DNA of 63,220 nt, counting the filler, from Licmophora abbreviata (taxonomy: Eukaryota), in NCBI GenBank assembly GCA_900291995.1. It is 17 parts of 17 records of this genome, joined end to end, with 100 filler letters (N's around TTAATTAATTAA, not from the genome) between each part and the next. Parts side by side here need not be neighbours in the genome. Positions count along the whole stretch, not along the records: positions 46,805 to 54,510 come from OLMU01005512.1; positions 54,611 to 57,720 come from OLMU01005513.1; positions 57,821 to 60,359 come from OLMU01005515.1; 14 more parts are not named here. One strand, written 5' to 3'. Position 1 is the stretch's first letter. Every line of letters begins with the position of its first letter. Under the pieces are notes generated by a model. That model worked only from the letters and a program-made list of their open reading frames with translations. It was not told the origin of the DNA and made no database searches. Shown here piece after piece: positions 49,328-60,459 of this stretch. Position numbers and translations under genes: made by a program.

Positions 49328-50770
49328 TTAATATCGTTGTTTTGCTTCCGCAATACACTTCTTCCGCCACGCTGCCATATCGATTGGATGTGTTAGTTCC
49401 GACGCATCTTCGTCCTGCTTCCAGATCTTGACCGTCTTGTCGGCTTCACCGGTAATCAATCGCGTCCCAGTCAAATCAAATGCCGTGGCAAAGATACCAT
49501 TCTCTGCCTCCAAGCTTCCCGGCTGAGCCACCGTCTCGGTCTGTTGAAACGAGTGGCCAGTCTTGTAGTCCCAGAACTGCATGGTGCCATCGTCGGCGCC
49601 ACTCACGACGACGCCATCATCATTCATGGCCAACGCATTGACGACCGCCTTGTGGCCAGTGAATGTCTTCAAGAATCGCCCATCCTTGGCTTGCCACTTT
49701 TTGAGTCCATCCGCTGCCCCGGACAGGAAGGTATGCTCAAACGACGGCTGAGTCAATGCACGAATCGACCTTTGATGGTGGGTCAGTGTCGTTTGACACT
49801 TGCCCGCCACCAAATCCCAGAGTTTGATCGTCAAATCATGCGATCCCGTAATGATCTGAGGATCTGTCGACTTGGTCAATACTGACGCAACAGTATGATC
49901 GTGCCCTGTCAAGCAATGAACTTGTGTCTTGGTACGCATATCCCAAACGCGAGCCACAGCATCCCGACCAGCCGTCACGAGAACATCCAACGTCGGATGG
50001 AGCGCCAAACAAAAGACGCCACTCAAATGGCCATGATAGTGTCGAATGACTTGATTCGTTTCCAAGTCCCAGCATTTGACCTGTTTGTCTTCTCCCGCTG
50101 AAAACAGGTAGGGGTGTCGGTCGCTGAATGCGAGTCCACGTACAGGCGAGATGTGTCCTGTGAGCGTCAGTTGGAGGGCATCATTGGCGCCGACGGATGC
50201 CTTGGCAAGATCCCAGATTTTAATGACTCGATCCGCACCGCCCGTGGCAAACATGCTATTGGTGGGATCCATGGCAATACTGCGGACCCAGCCCAAGTGA
50301 CTCGATAAGACTGTGGAAAGTCGCCATGGAGCATGCCACTGTGGAGTGGGGATGTTGGTGGCCCGGGTGATCGATGATTTGACAAGTATTCCTCCGCTTC
50401 TGGCTGGATCCGAGCTGGAGGGTTCCTTTTGAGATGCGTCCACTAGCGCGCCCGAGGACGCTGCTGCCGTGTGAGCGGTTGGCTCGCTGCCAAGCTCCGG
50501 ATCAAGACGAGCGTCGTCGTCCACCGTCGACACTACCACCAGGGCGTCCTTGGGAGTGTTCCGCGTTGCGCTTGGTTCATTCGTGGACACGGCATTGTAC
50601 TGTGTACGCAGTCGACGAGCCTTGGACGCTTGGCAGAGGAAGTCGTGTGATGCGGGTGGGGCGGAAGGAAGGTACACGGCCTGTGGGTCCTTTCCGAACA
50701 GTTCTCGGGCCCTTTTCAACGAAGTGTGGGCAGACAAGGCCGCCAGCGGTTCAACAGAAGCGGATTCCAT
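49328..50770 (-). CDS. PLRG1: Pleiotropic regulator 1 / Prp46 (NineTeen complex WD40)
   Basis: [75 protein letters not shown]. Confidence 0.95.
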   Translation of the reverse strand: MESASVEPLAALSAHTSLKRARELFGKDPQAVYLPSAPPASHDFLCQASKARRLRTQYNAVSTNEPSATRNTPKDALVVVSTVDDDARLDPELGSEPTAHTAAASSGALVDASQKEPSSSDPARSGGILVKSSITRATNIPTPQWHAPWRLSTVLSSHLGWVRSIAMDPTNSMFATGGADRVIKIWDLAKASVGANDALQLTLTGHISPVRGLAFSDRHPYLFSAGEDKQVKCWDLETNQVIRHYHGHLSGVFCLALHPTLDVLVTAGRDAVARVWDMRTKTQVHCLTGHDHTVASVLTKSTDPQIITGSHDLTIKLWDLVAGKCQTTLTHHQRSIRALTQPSFEHTFLSGAADGLKKWQAKDGRFLKTFTGHKAVVNALAMNDDGVVVSGADDGTMQFWDYKTGHSFQQTETVAQPGSLEAENGIFATAFDLTGTRLITGEADKTVKIWKQDEDASELTHPIDMAAWRKKCIAEAKQRY

Positions 50771-51172
50771 CGCAGGTGCTTGAAAGGCTCGTAACAGAGA
50801 CGTGTATCGAAGCAAACAAGAGGGACAATATTCAATATGGCACAATCTCAATCGTACTAATACATTGTGGTGGACCCTACACGTTGTATCATACCAGCTT
50901 GCATTTGTCTTGTGTTGCCTCTGTGAGTTTTGAGTTGCAGTGGTGGCGCGCAACCCTTGAACCCGTACAAACTTGTCGGGTGAGGGACAGACTCATTCGT
51001 GATGTGCGAACACCGGCTTCATCAAAAGTAAAACTCAAAACTCCAAGTCGACCAACGTTCGCCGTCACTCTCGTCCTCACCACATGGCGTTTGAACACTT
51101 CGGTGTTGTTGCAAGTCTTTGTTTCGATTCTTGTCGCCTTCTCATCAGTCGATCTGCACAGATAGAGCCTCC

Positions 51173-52108
51173 ATGAGCGACATAGTGGCTCGGCTGGTGC
51201 CAATGCACGGAAACAGCGAGAAACTTTACAAAAACGTTTCCATACGGCCGACTCTCCAAGTCCACCGTCAACCACCGGATCAACGACCCTTGCGCATCGG
51301 TCGAAACTCTCAGACTGGCATTGGCTCTGATTTGGTGTCTCGAAATGCTGCTAGAGTATCGTGGAACATAGAGTCGACCAGTCTCGTGCTGCATTGTCGC
51401 TTGGGGGAGGAGAACCAAGGAGCGGTCTTGCGGAACGGCGAGCGTGTGACTACACCCTGCGTGCTGTCGCATGGAGACGTTCTGAGCGTGGGTCCCAATG
51501 ACTCAGCCACCACGACGCATTATCTATACCGAGTCGAACTAGTGAAGGATTCAGCATCCGTGTCGGGGCCTGCTGCCTTCCCATCACCCGACGAGTCGAT
51601 AGCTGTCGCCAGCAAGCCCGCTGCGACAGCAGCGCATGCGACACCTACCATGTGTCCGCTTCTTTTCCTAGGGGGCGTGGAAGAGGAGGTTCAGTGTGCG
51701 GTGTGCATGGAAATCTGTGTCGAGACCACCGCATTGGTACCCTGTTCCCACTTTTTCTGCTCGTCCTGTGCTCGGAACCTGTCCTCTTGTCCTACATGTC
51801 GCAAAAAGGTCAAGAGCAAGATGCGACTGCATGCAATGGACAATCTCATTGGCAAACTGGTTCAGACCTCTTGTTCCACCGAAACTAAGAGCACTGTACT
51901 GGATGGAAACGACGACCTCAAAGAGGATCACTTAGGAGATATTGAAATGTACCTGGAGCGAACCAAGTCAACGCTCCCTGTGGGCAACAAGAGCAAGGGT
52001 GCCAAGAAACGCGCGGCTTCGAAATCGCCCCGGCGCAACCGCAAGAAGCACGCTGTAGCAAGTCTTTCTTCCGGCACATCGGTAGATCAAGCGATCTGTC
52101 TTGATTAG
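51173..52108 (+). CDS. FHA + C3HC4 RING E3 ligase (CHFR/RNF8-like architecture)
   Basis: IGRN...VSRN...NG..LSHGDVL.VG FHA core; CAVC...VPCSHFFCSSC...CPTCR RING. Confidence 0.85.
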   Translation: MSDIVARLVPMHGNSEKLYKNVSIRPTLQVHRQPPDQRPLRIGRNSQTGIGSDLVSRNAARVSWNIESTSLVLHCRLGEENQGAVLRNGERVTTPCVLSHGDVLSVGPNDSATTTHYLYRVELVKDSASVSGPAAFPSPDESIAVASKPAATAAHATPTMCPLLFLGGVEEEVQCAVCMEICVETTALVPCSHFFCSSCARNLSSCPTCRKKVKSKMRLHAMDNLIGKLVQTSCSTETKSTVLDGNDDLKEDHLGDIEMYLERTKSTLPVGNKSKGAKKRAASKSPRRNRKKHAVASLSSGTSVDQAICLD

Positions 52109-52316
52109 ATTTTCAGGGCGATGCATGTAGTCTAGCATAGAATGTGGATCGAGTGATAAAAAGCAAATTTTGGGTGGACTCTCTGAGGGTTCATGTAGAG
52201 CTCACAGAGGCCATCCCCGCAAACACGAAACGCATTAGCGTCAACCTCACCTGATCTACACCTACTCATACTTCTGACTACTTCTAGATCTACATATACC
52301 AACCACTTTCATACAT

Positions 52317-53546
52317 TCATACCAATGTGCCTGTACCAAGACCTTGTCCCAGCGTTGCGAGTTCGAGTCCCTTGTCACCACTATCGGTTCCATCGCCTTT
52401 GTTAGTTGACTTGCGCTTGCCTTTATCAGCCGCCCCACTGCCTTGCACCGATTCGCTCAGCGTACTCATAGATGCCAGGCTCTTAATTGACCGTACCCGT
52501 CCTTTCCACTTGGGCACACCAATCGGAAGATTGACAATGTAGCACGCAGCGTTTCGCTCGTCCTCTTCTGTCGTGCGTGCAGGTGACACCGCTCCTTCCT
52601 GACGCTTTTTGTTCAAAAGTCCTTCCACAGAATGTTTGTTGCTGGCCCGCGGAGTCGAGGCCACCGCACTGCCACGGGAGGATCCGGTAGGCGAAGACGC
52701 TTCTCCGTCGCGCCATGGTGTACATCTCAGAGGCGACGAGGGTGTCGAGTCAGAGGGCAGAACACCCGCGACAATGATTCCTTTCCGTCCAGGTGATAGG
52801 AAGGCTGTGTTCATGAAGCGACTTCCCACAGAATAGAAAAGTAAGGCCGCTGGCCACATGCTTGCCATGGCTATAACAATGCTGAACCATCCTAGGAATT
52901 CGCGATGGGCGGGCAGTCGGCTTACCGCGCGAACTGCACCAATGACACTCAAGAAGACCAATAGAGCGCCCAGCGCCAGCGAAAAGTGCTGCCCACGTTC
53001 TCTTGATTGCTGTGATTCTTGATATTCTCGATATTCACGTTTCCACTCTCGTTTGAGTACAGATGATTGCGGTTCCATGGGCAGGACCAGGAGCTCAACA
53101 TTGGAAAAGCCGACTTCCAACAGAGTGTCCGTCTGAAATGTCTTGCGCACCTGTAGTGGAGGATCGTACTGTTCCAGCTTGTAGTCTACCAATGCTTGGT
53201 ATGTGGGTATACCCGATAAGTCTGTGCCCCCGTGGTCCATATGAGCATGCAATACGTGCCCCCAAATGAGAATCCCCTCTTCATTGTAGATTTCCAATTT
53301 CGGTTTGGAGTAGGCGGCTACTAGCCAGACAGTCCATCCGAGGGCACAGAGCAGGCACAACCAGACATCCGAAAGCGTGCTAAAGGAATTCCTATAGGAG
53401 CGGTACCGACGATTCACCTCCACGGTGTCATTTTCTCCATTGACCACAGTACCAATGAAGGACAAGACGAGCAGAGCCCAGACGACCATCACTCTTGGTT
53501 TTGGCGTAGCGAACGAGACGGCTGCTGAGCTGCAATTCAGAATCAT
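52317..53546 (-). CDS. Hypothetical membrane protein (signal peptide + about 3 TM)
   Basis: 409-aa ORF with hydrophobic segments and a disordered C-terminal tail. Confidence 0.7.
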   Translation of the reverse strand: MILNCSSAAVSFATPKPRVMVVWALLVLSFIGTVVNGENDTVEVNRRYRSYRNSFSTLSDVWLCLLCALGWTVWLVAAYSKPKLEIYNEEGILIWGHVLHAHMDHGGTDLSGIPTYQALVDYKLEQYDPPLQVRKTFQTDTLLEVGFSNVELLVLPMEPQSSVLKREWKREYREYQESQQSRERGQHFSLALGALLVFLSVIGAVRAVSRLPAHREFLGWFSIVIAMASMWPAALLFYSVGSRFMNTAFLSPGRKGIIVAGVLPSDSTPSSPLRCTPWRDGEASSPTGSSRGSAVASTPRASNKHSVEGLLNKKRQEGAVSPARTTEEDERNAACYIVNLPIGVPKWKGRVRSIKSLASMSTLSESVQGSGAADKGKRKSTNKGDGTDSGDKGLELATLGQGLGTGTLV

Positions 53547-54036
53547 CGTGAACTCTTTTTTCTCTTTTTAACGACAAGAAAACGCCTCTCTTCCGATCTT
53601 CCTCATGACATATCGCCTCAAGGGTCCTCTGCAGAGCACAGATTCAACATCAGATAGATAAATACTGGTGAAGTCCTCCCGTTCCACCAAAATGAGACCA
53701 TGGCATTCTCGTCACGCGGTCGTCACTCGTCACACAGATGGCTCGCTCATCAGAGCACGCCCGGCGCGCGCTGGCATGATGTTTGCTGATGATGGTGAGA
53801 ATCCACAAGATGTGATTCCGTGATTCCTGACTCCCCTGATACGGCTCGGGAAGTCTCAGATGGTGGCTCTCGTACAACAGGTAAAACCAATCTAGACTTG
53901 GGCTCTCTATACATATCATCGGCAGGAGGCGGCCAAGCAATGCTAAATAGGCGGGAAAGTATCGCCACTGTACCACAATTCAACCATGAGTTCCAGGAGC
54001 ACAATGCCGACGCGGCTTACTTGGCGCTATCGACTA

Positions 54037-54340
54037 CTAAAGAATCCGCGGAAGGTCACTCCCAGCTTCCCCATCAGGGAACCCATTCAGACCAATGTAG
54101 ATCCCATAGCCCATGACATAGAGACTACCCAAAAGGATTGCAATGGCAGTAAACGCAGGAATCGGTACACGGTACAGTTCTTTTTCGCCCTTTTGGCTTC
54201 CAGAAAACATGTCACTACCTGTCGCTGGATTCACCAAGGAGTTCAATTCTTGCTGCAGTTCCTCTCGTGATTTCGGATTGTCCATGTAATCATCATCATT
54301 ATCTTTGCTTTCTTCGGTCCCATCCTTCTGGGAGCGTAGC
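54037..54340 (-). CDS. 3' exon of a small single-TM protein; 5' part uncertain
   Basis: Acidic stretch followed by IPAFTAIAILLGSLYVMGYGIYIGL; upstream runs into the spacer. Confidence 0.45.
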
Positions 54341-54756
54341 ACTTCCCTCGATCCGCATGTTATTGATGGTAGCAGGCTATACCGGCCGCACACTGCGGGA
54401 TGCCGATATTGTGACACTCGGTTTGTCAAATACGCGCGAGCGGATCTTTCCCTCGCTGACACGAATAGTAGTATACAAATGCATAGCGGAAGAGCGCAGA
54501 AACGCAGAAANNNNNNNNNNNNNNNNNNNNNNNNNNNNNNNNNNNNNNNNNNNNTTAATTAATTAANNNNNNNNNNNNNNNNNNNNNNNNNNNNNNNNNN
54601 NNNNNNNNNNCCGCGATATCACAGCGTCGCGGCTGCTGAGTGGTTGAGTGATTATATCATACTCGTACACGCAATGAATCTGTATAGTCTCTTGATGCGT
54701 CAAAGCATTGTACATTGCCAGGATTGTATCCTGCTCCGTTGTTTCTGGAGGTGATC

Positions 54757-55941
54757 ATGGGACGCTCGTTGCGTGTCGTCCTGGCTCTGGAAGGGCTGAT
54801 GCTGATGATGACGCTTCTACCGGACGCCAAACCGCAAAACATGGTCGAGTATCTTGAGGCAAGCGCCAATGATTCGGAAGCCCCTGAGTTTAATTCGTTG
54901 CTTTCGCTGCTTGAGCTCACCAGTATCACGCTGAGTCTTGATGGGCCTGGAAATAGCACTCTTTTTGCGCCGACGGATGAAGCATTCGAAAGGCGTCTGG
55001 ATCAGTTTCAGAAATCCCTGGATGATTCGGACACCTGGTTCTTTCACATCGAATGTGCCCTCCAGCACCATATAGCCGCAGGCACGTACCTGTCTCCCGA
55101 TCTGACCGTCGACGACGCCATACCTACAATCGACCAAGACCAGGAGCCAATAATTGTCACAGCACTCGATCCTCCTACAATAGCCCTGGAAGACGGTCCC
55201 TTGTCGACGCCTGAAATCACTGAGGCGGACATCCTGACAACGAGTGGGCCGATTCACAAAATCAATGATGTTCTGCTTCCGGTCTGTGTGTTTCTGAACG
55301 GTCTCGACAATTTGGCTCGAATTCCCGCTTTTAGTATCCTAAATGAGCTCATTGATATCACAGGCCTCGCGGCCAACCCGATCTTATCAGGCGAGGGGCC
55401 TGTGACAGTGTTTGCACCTCCCGATCCGGTCTTCGAGGCGCTTCCTCCTGGTTTGCTAGAAGCGTTGAAGGAAGATATACCTACTCTAACTGATCTGCTT
55501 CTGTACCATGCAGTGGAAGGGCTGCTAGTCTTCAAGGAGCTTACGCCGGGTGGCGCGGAAGTTCAGCTTCCCACGCTTCTGGAAGGACGGAGCTTGACAG
55601 CTGCTGTGCTGGCCGACGGATCCTTTGTTGTCAACGGAGATGTAGCAGTGATTAACTCGGACGAGCTGGTCCGGAACGGAGCCGGTCAGGCTCTTGGCAG
55701 GGTGTTGATTCCCGAAGGTTTCGTCCTGCCCGATCCCGTGCCAACTGTGGCGTCGAGCGAGGCGCCATCTTCGGCTCCGGTCGTCGCTCTGAGTGAAGCC
55801 CCATCCGGAGCACTGACAGCCATGCCCATGACATCCACTAGTAGTGCGTATTTGATTTTGGTAGGTATACCATCTCTGGCAAGCGTTGCTGTCACGTGCT
55901 TTTCAATGACAGGTTTAGTGCTTTCTATGTGCGTCGGCTGA
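54757..55941 (+). CDS. Fasciclin (two FAS1 domains) surface protein with Ser/Pro stalk and hydrophobic C-terminus
   Basis: TLFAPTDEAF...H.INDVLLP; TVFAPPDPVF...LLYHAV...NG...RVLIP; signal peptide. Confidence 0.9.
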   Translation: MGRSLRVVLALEGLMLMMTLLPDAKPQNMVEYLEASANDSEAPEFNSLLSLLELTSITLSLDGPGNSTLFAPTDEAFERRLDQFQKSLDDSDTWFFHIECALQHHIAAGTYLSPDLTVDDAIPTIDQDQEPIIVTALDPPTIALEDGPLSTPEITEADILTTSGPIHKINDVLLPVCVFLNGLDNLARIPAFSILNELIDITGLAANPILSGEGPVTVFAPPDPVFEALPPGLLEALKEDIPTLTDLLLYHAVEGLLVFKELTPGGAEVQLPTLLEGRSLTAAVLADGSFVVNGDVAVINSDELVRNGAGQALGRVLIPEGFVLPDPVPTVASSEAPSSAPVVALSEAPSGALTAMPMTSTSSAYLILVGIPSLASVAVTCFSMTGLVLSMCVG

Positions 55942-55999
55942 CAGCATCAACACGCTGACACATGTCAGTCGATGGAGGTCATTTAAGAGTTAAATTGTA

Positions 56000-57148
56000 C
56001 TATTGTTTCGTTTTACTGGCCGCACAATCTCGTGTTGGCATTGTATGCCACTCTGTCCACGTAGCAGGGTCTCCATGATGCTTGTATGTTGCTGTTTGCT
56101 GAAATCCATTCACCCGAAACCAGTCGTGCGACTCAACTGGCGGATGATCGAAACCTTTAAGTTTGTCGTGTACTTGCTCCATACTCAGTGTATCCTCCGT
56201 TTTGGCGACCCCATGAAGGCCCATAATGCGTTCATTAAACATCTTTGGAAAGAAGGGTACGCGAAATCTCACTTCTGGCAACTGATACATCCAATGGAAA
56301 ATAGCATTCCCAGAATCGTGTGTGACATTGTATTCCAGACATTGCTTGACCAATCCACCTTGACGAAGTCCACTTGAAATTCGGTGCAGAGCAGCACTGT
56401 TGTAGACAACGGGTTGTCCCCAAGGATAGGTGAACTCGCGTTCGTCGCTGCAGTTGTACTCCCGGGCCTTTACCGGTGCAAAACCCGGCTGACCCAGTTG
56501 TCGTCCACGACCCGGCGTGCGTACACCACCACTGGTGGCAATGGCGGGAGAGTTAGTATCAATAGGTTTCAGAAAGTCCTGTAGGTAGCTTCGCCGCAGG
56601 TACATGTCATCATCTTGAAAGAGGAACCAATCGTAGTGTTGAAAAGCGTCCGAGTCCATCATCTGCAACAGGCCTTGTTGTTGTTTGCAGCAGGGCGACT
56701 CTCCCCACTTGCCCTCGGGACAGTCCACATAGAGTGGTTGAATGCGCTGACAGTATTGTGGGTAAGTTGAACAGAGATCAGAATATGCCTGTTTCCACTG
56801 TTGGTTGAGGACAACAAAGTATGTGCCATCGGTCAGCCAGGTGTCGAGAGATGCGAAAATCATGTTTTCAAAGTTGGCGGGAGTCGCGAGGAAGGAGTAT
56901 GTAATGTAGGCAATCCTGGGATTCCCAGCGAGATGCTGTTGTGTAGAATTCGATTGAACATCTTGTGGTCTTGGTTCTGAAGAAACGCGAGGGATATCCA
57001 AAAGTTGTGAATCAGAACTGGTGGGAAGATCAAACTGCAGGCCATACAGCCCTTCTTCGTCCAGGAACGTTCGACGGAGGATAGTACTGCTCCGTATGAT
57101 GGTCAACACTACTGCCAGGGAGCACACAGCTACCCGTAGGTTCAACAT
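56000..57148 (-). CDS. Type II membrane GT-A glycosyltransferase (Fringe/GT31-like)
   Basis: N-terminal anchor, TW, CCK, YDWFLFQDDDMY (DxD), HD motif. Confidence 0.72.
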   Translation of the reverse strand: MLNLRVAVCSLAVVLTIIRSSTILRRTFLDEEGLYGLQFDLPTSSDSQLLDIPRVSSEPRPQDVQSNSTQQHLAGNPRIAYITYSFLATPANFENMIFASLDTWLTDGTYFVVLNQQWKQAYSDLCSTYPQYCQRIQPLYVDCPEGKWGESPCCKQQQGLLQMMDSDAFQHYDWFLFQDDDMYLRRSYLQDFLKPIDTNSPAIATSGGVRTPGRGRQLGQPGFAPVKAREYNCSDEREFTYPWGQPVVYNSAALHRISSGLRQGGLVKQCLEYNVTHDSGNAIFHWMYQLPEVRFRVPFFPKMFNERIMGLHGVAKTEDTLSMEQVHDKLKGFDHPPVESHDWFRVNGFQQTATYKHHGDPATWTEWHTMPTRDCAASKTKQ

Positions 57149-57820
57149 GATTGCCAAAGGTCGGGGGTATCGAGACAGCAACTGCACCACCGAATGCGGA
57201 CATTGATGCCTGTTGAGCTTTTTTGTCGGCACTTTCTTTTTCTGTGTTGTGGGCGTTGAGAAAGCGCGACGATCGGATTCCCGAGTGTCTGCTATTCGTG
57301 ATTGAAGGGTCATTGTGATAAAATCGTTGTGACTGTTCATCGTGTGATATGATACTTCGAGAGTTCGCACAGAACGAACGGTGGCATTGCGTGGACGTTG
57401 TGCCGTTGGTGCCGCGGGGTCATCATTCGTTCATCGCTTGCCAGCGAGAAGGAAGGCAGGAGAAAGAACAAATCTCTCTCTTTCCTTGCCTCTTGCGCCT
57501 GCTCTGCTTCATTTGTCTTGCTGCAGAGGAGAAATCTGAGAACTTTGCTTCCAGGAAAAAGAAACACGATCGAGAAAGGATTCGCTCAGTTTTCGTGAGG
57601 TGTTTTCTGGGTCGTGTCCGCCATGACGACCAGAACTGCGTCGCCCTTGCGCAACGGCGACAGTCAAATGTCGGGGCCCAAGCTTGCATCGTTGCTTCGG
57701 GAATGTGCTGACTGTCTGGANNNNNNNNNNNNNNNNNNNNNNNNNNNNNNNNNNNNNNNNNNNNTTAATTAATTAANNNNNNNNNNNNNNNNNNNNNNNN
57801 NNNNNNNNNNNNNNNNNNNN

Positions 57821-58271
57821 GATTGAGATCACCTCCTCCAACCTCGTCTCCTCCACGTACATTGGACAGGGCGCCGGTCGCTACCCAACAGCCAACTCAT
57901 GTGTCAACGATATCGTCTCTCTCGCCAAGGGTGACAAAACAGCGCTTCCCTTCAACCCCGATGCCAAGGACAAAATCTTTGTGAACAACTACGATTCGGT
58001 CTTTTTCATTCGTCTCCGCTACCGCGACGCTCTGGGTATTACGCGCCAGTGCGGTGAAATCTGCGAAAAGTACGGAGTTTCCATTCATTCAATGTTGCAG
58101 AATCCTATCACGCGTCGGGACGATGCTGCGTTCGTCGTCATCACGGAAAAGGTCCCGCTCACGAGTCTTCTTAAGGTGCTAGCCGACCTTGAGGGACTCG
58201 AATGGTGTCGTGGGCCGCCCTTTTACATGCCTGTTTTGAATGAGAACTGGGTCGAGTCCATCGTGGAATAG
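57821..58271 (+). CDS. hom: Homoserine dehydrogenase, C-terminal part with ACT domain (5' end lost at spacer)
   Basis: YIGQGAGRYPTANSCVNDIV then FFIRL...D.LGI......GVSI.S.LQ...FVVIT. Confidence 0.85.
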
Positions 58272-58413
58272 AGGGTTGGCTTTTAGGAATTGGATAGGTG
58301 CTACAGCAGGCAGAATGAAAAGTATGACGCAAAATAAAAATATCTATTCGTTTACTGTGGAACCATACGGCGCAAGTGTATTTTGTCTACGTACTTTCAC
58401 TGAAACGTCCTTT

Positions 58414-60268
58414 TTATAGCTTGAGCCAGACGCCCGACGTACACTTGAATCCAGATCCGAACGCGACCTGCATGATTCGATCTCCCTTCTTGAGAGGATT
58501 GGATTTTTGATGATAGTGGATGTACTCGAGCTCGTACCAGATCGAGGAGGAGCTGGTGTTACCATAATTCATCAGGGCCATACGAGAAGGCTCCGTGTGG
58601 AATAGCTCCAGCTTCATGTTCTTCTCGATGCCTGTCAAAATCAGTGAAAAGTATAATGTGAGAAACTCAAATTGAGAGAAAGGGTGTCGTAAACCTCCTA
58701 CGAGTCGACCAGTTCAACATACCGTCAATAACCGCTCGACCTCCGGCGTGAATACAGAAGTGATCAATGCCCCTCTTGAAGTCGGGTACATAAGGCTTAA
58801 CAACTGGTAGTTTCATTGCCCATTCCTCCTTTTTGTTGGCCTTCAAAGTCCGTCCCATAGCCTTCGTCAAGTATCGCATCACCAACGAGACAACGACCTT
58901 GGCCTGCTCGGTCAGGGGCAGAACCAGCGGTCCCAGCATGGTCATATTCTTCTCCATACACTTTCCAGCCACCTTGACAATATCCTTGGAGAGACGCACA
59001 CCTCGCTCTCCTCTCTCATCTTCTGTCTCGTAAACACAGTTGTAGGAGTCTTCGCCGGTTCCCTGCACACGCACCGTGTGGAGAAGCTTGTACCACGCCC
59101 GACGTCCATCCAACCAGCTGTTCGACAGGACCATGGCCGCACCTCCGCATCGGAACAGGGTGTTTTGGATCAAAAAGCCGCGGTCGTTTCCATGGTACAA
59201 GTTGGGCGTAATAATTTCCGTCGAGACGACAAGGGCCTTGCTGCCTTTTCCGTGCTGCAATAGTTTCTTGGCGAGGTCAATAGCAATCAAGGAGGCGCTG
59301 CATCCCATGCCGGACAAGTTGTAAGTGGCAATATCACTTCGCATACCGAATTTGGAGGCCACCATGGCGCAGAGAGAGGGCGTCGGGGAAAAGAGAGAGC
59401 AGTTAATGACGAGGAAATCAATGTCTTGAGGCTTGACGTTTGCTTTTCGGAGAGCTTGTTCAACAACATCAAACATGACAGTCTCGGCTTCCAGACGACT
59501 GTCATCCATGGCTCGATCGGCAGGCTTTCCAGTAGTGAGGCTCTTGACAATGCCCGGAGGCCAGGCGGTAGCTTGCCCCGTGCCAGAGCGCTCAAGGATG
59601 CGGGTCATGAACTGAAGGGACTCTTCGGTGAAGCACTTCTGGTGTCGCATCATTTCGACAATCTGCGCGTGCGAGCACTTCCAGCTGTCGGGAGCTTTGA
59701 AGGTGGCAAAACTCATGAGGTAGATGGGGTTATCGCGACGCATGAGCCAGCCGAAGATGAACAAGGCGAGGGCTGTCATCTTGATGGCGGGGGAGAGAAG
59801 AGTGAGTCCGTGGCTGTCGATGATCCCGTTGACGATGGAGTAGAGCAAATCGTTGACCGCGACAGCGACGGCAGAGATGGTCTCCAAGCTAAAGGAAAGC
59901 TCTCCGGGAGAGGCAACATGCGGAACATCCTTGCTAAGATTCGTGAGGACCTGGTTCACTATCTGCGCGAACAAGACGCAGATGCCCAGGAGCATGAGAT
60001 GAGGCGCGTGGGTTCCAACCACGTGAGTCCAGTTGATCATTCTAGTGATGGGAGGGAGGGAAAGTATTGATGCAGGAGAGACAGGTGAGTACACACAAAT
60101 ATCGTCACGAAAACGAACATCGGGGGAAAGAGGCACAAGCAGACCTTCGGCCCTGCGCTACGAGGGAAAGACTCACCCGATCAAGCTACTCTTTCTCACG
60201 CGGTAGCCGCTTCGAGCACCAGGGTCGCCACTCTCGGAAAAGTCAGATTCGGAGCCCGAGCGTCTCAT
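58414..60268 (-). CDS. KCS: 3-ketoacyl-CoA synthase (FAE1/KCS very-long-chain fatty acid condensing enzyme); introns 60042-60176 and 58632-58722
   Basis: NCSLFSPTPSL, NLSGMGCSAS, NTLFRCGGAA, HFCIHAGGRAVID, YGNTSSSSIWYEL.Y, QVAFGSGFKC; first exon inferred from splice sites. Confidence 0.93.
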
Positions 60269-60459
60269 TTCGGTCGGTGTTTCGTGCACGGCGTTGCTGG
60301 TTCGAGGAGCCATACTGCAGGATAGCTTTCTAGAGAGGGTACTGGGTCAGATTAAAGTGNNNNNNNNNNNNNNNNNNNNNNNNNNNNNNNNNNNNNNNNN
60401 NNNTTAATTAATTAANNNNNNNNNNNNNNNNNNNNNNNNNNNNNNNNNNNNNNNNNNNN

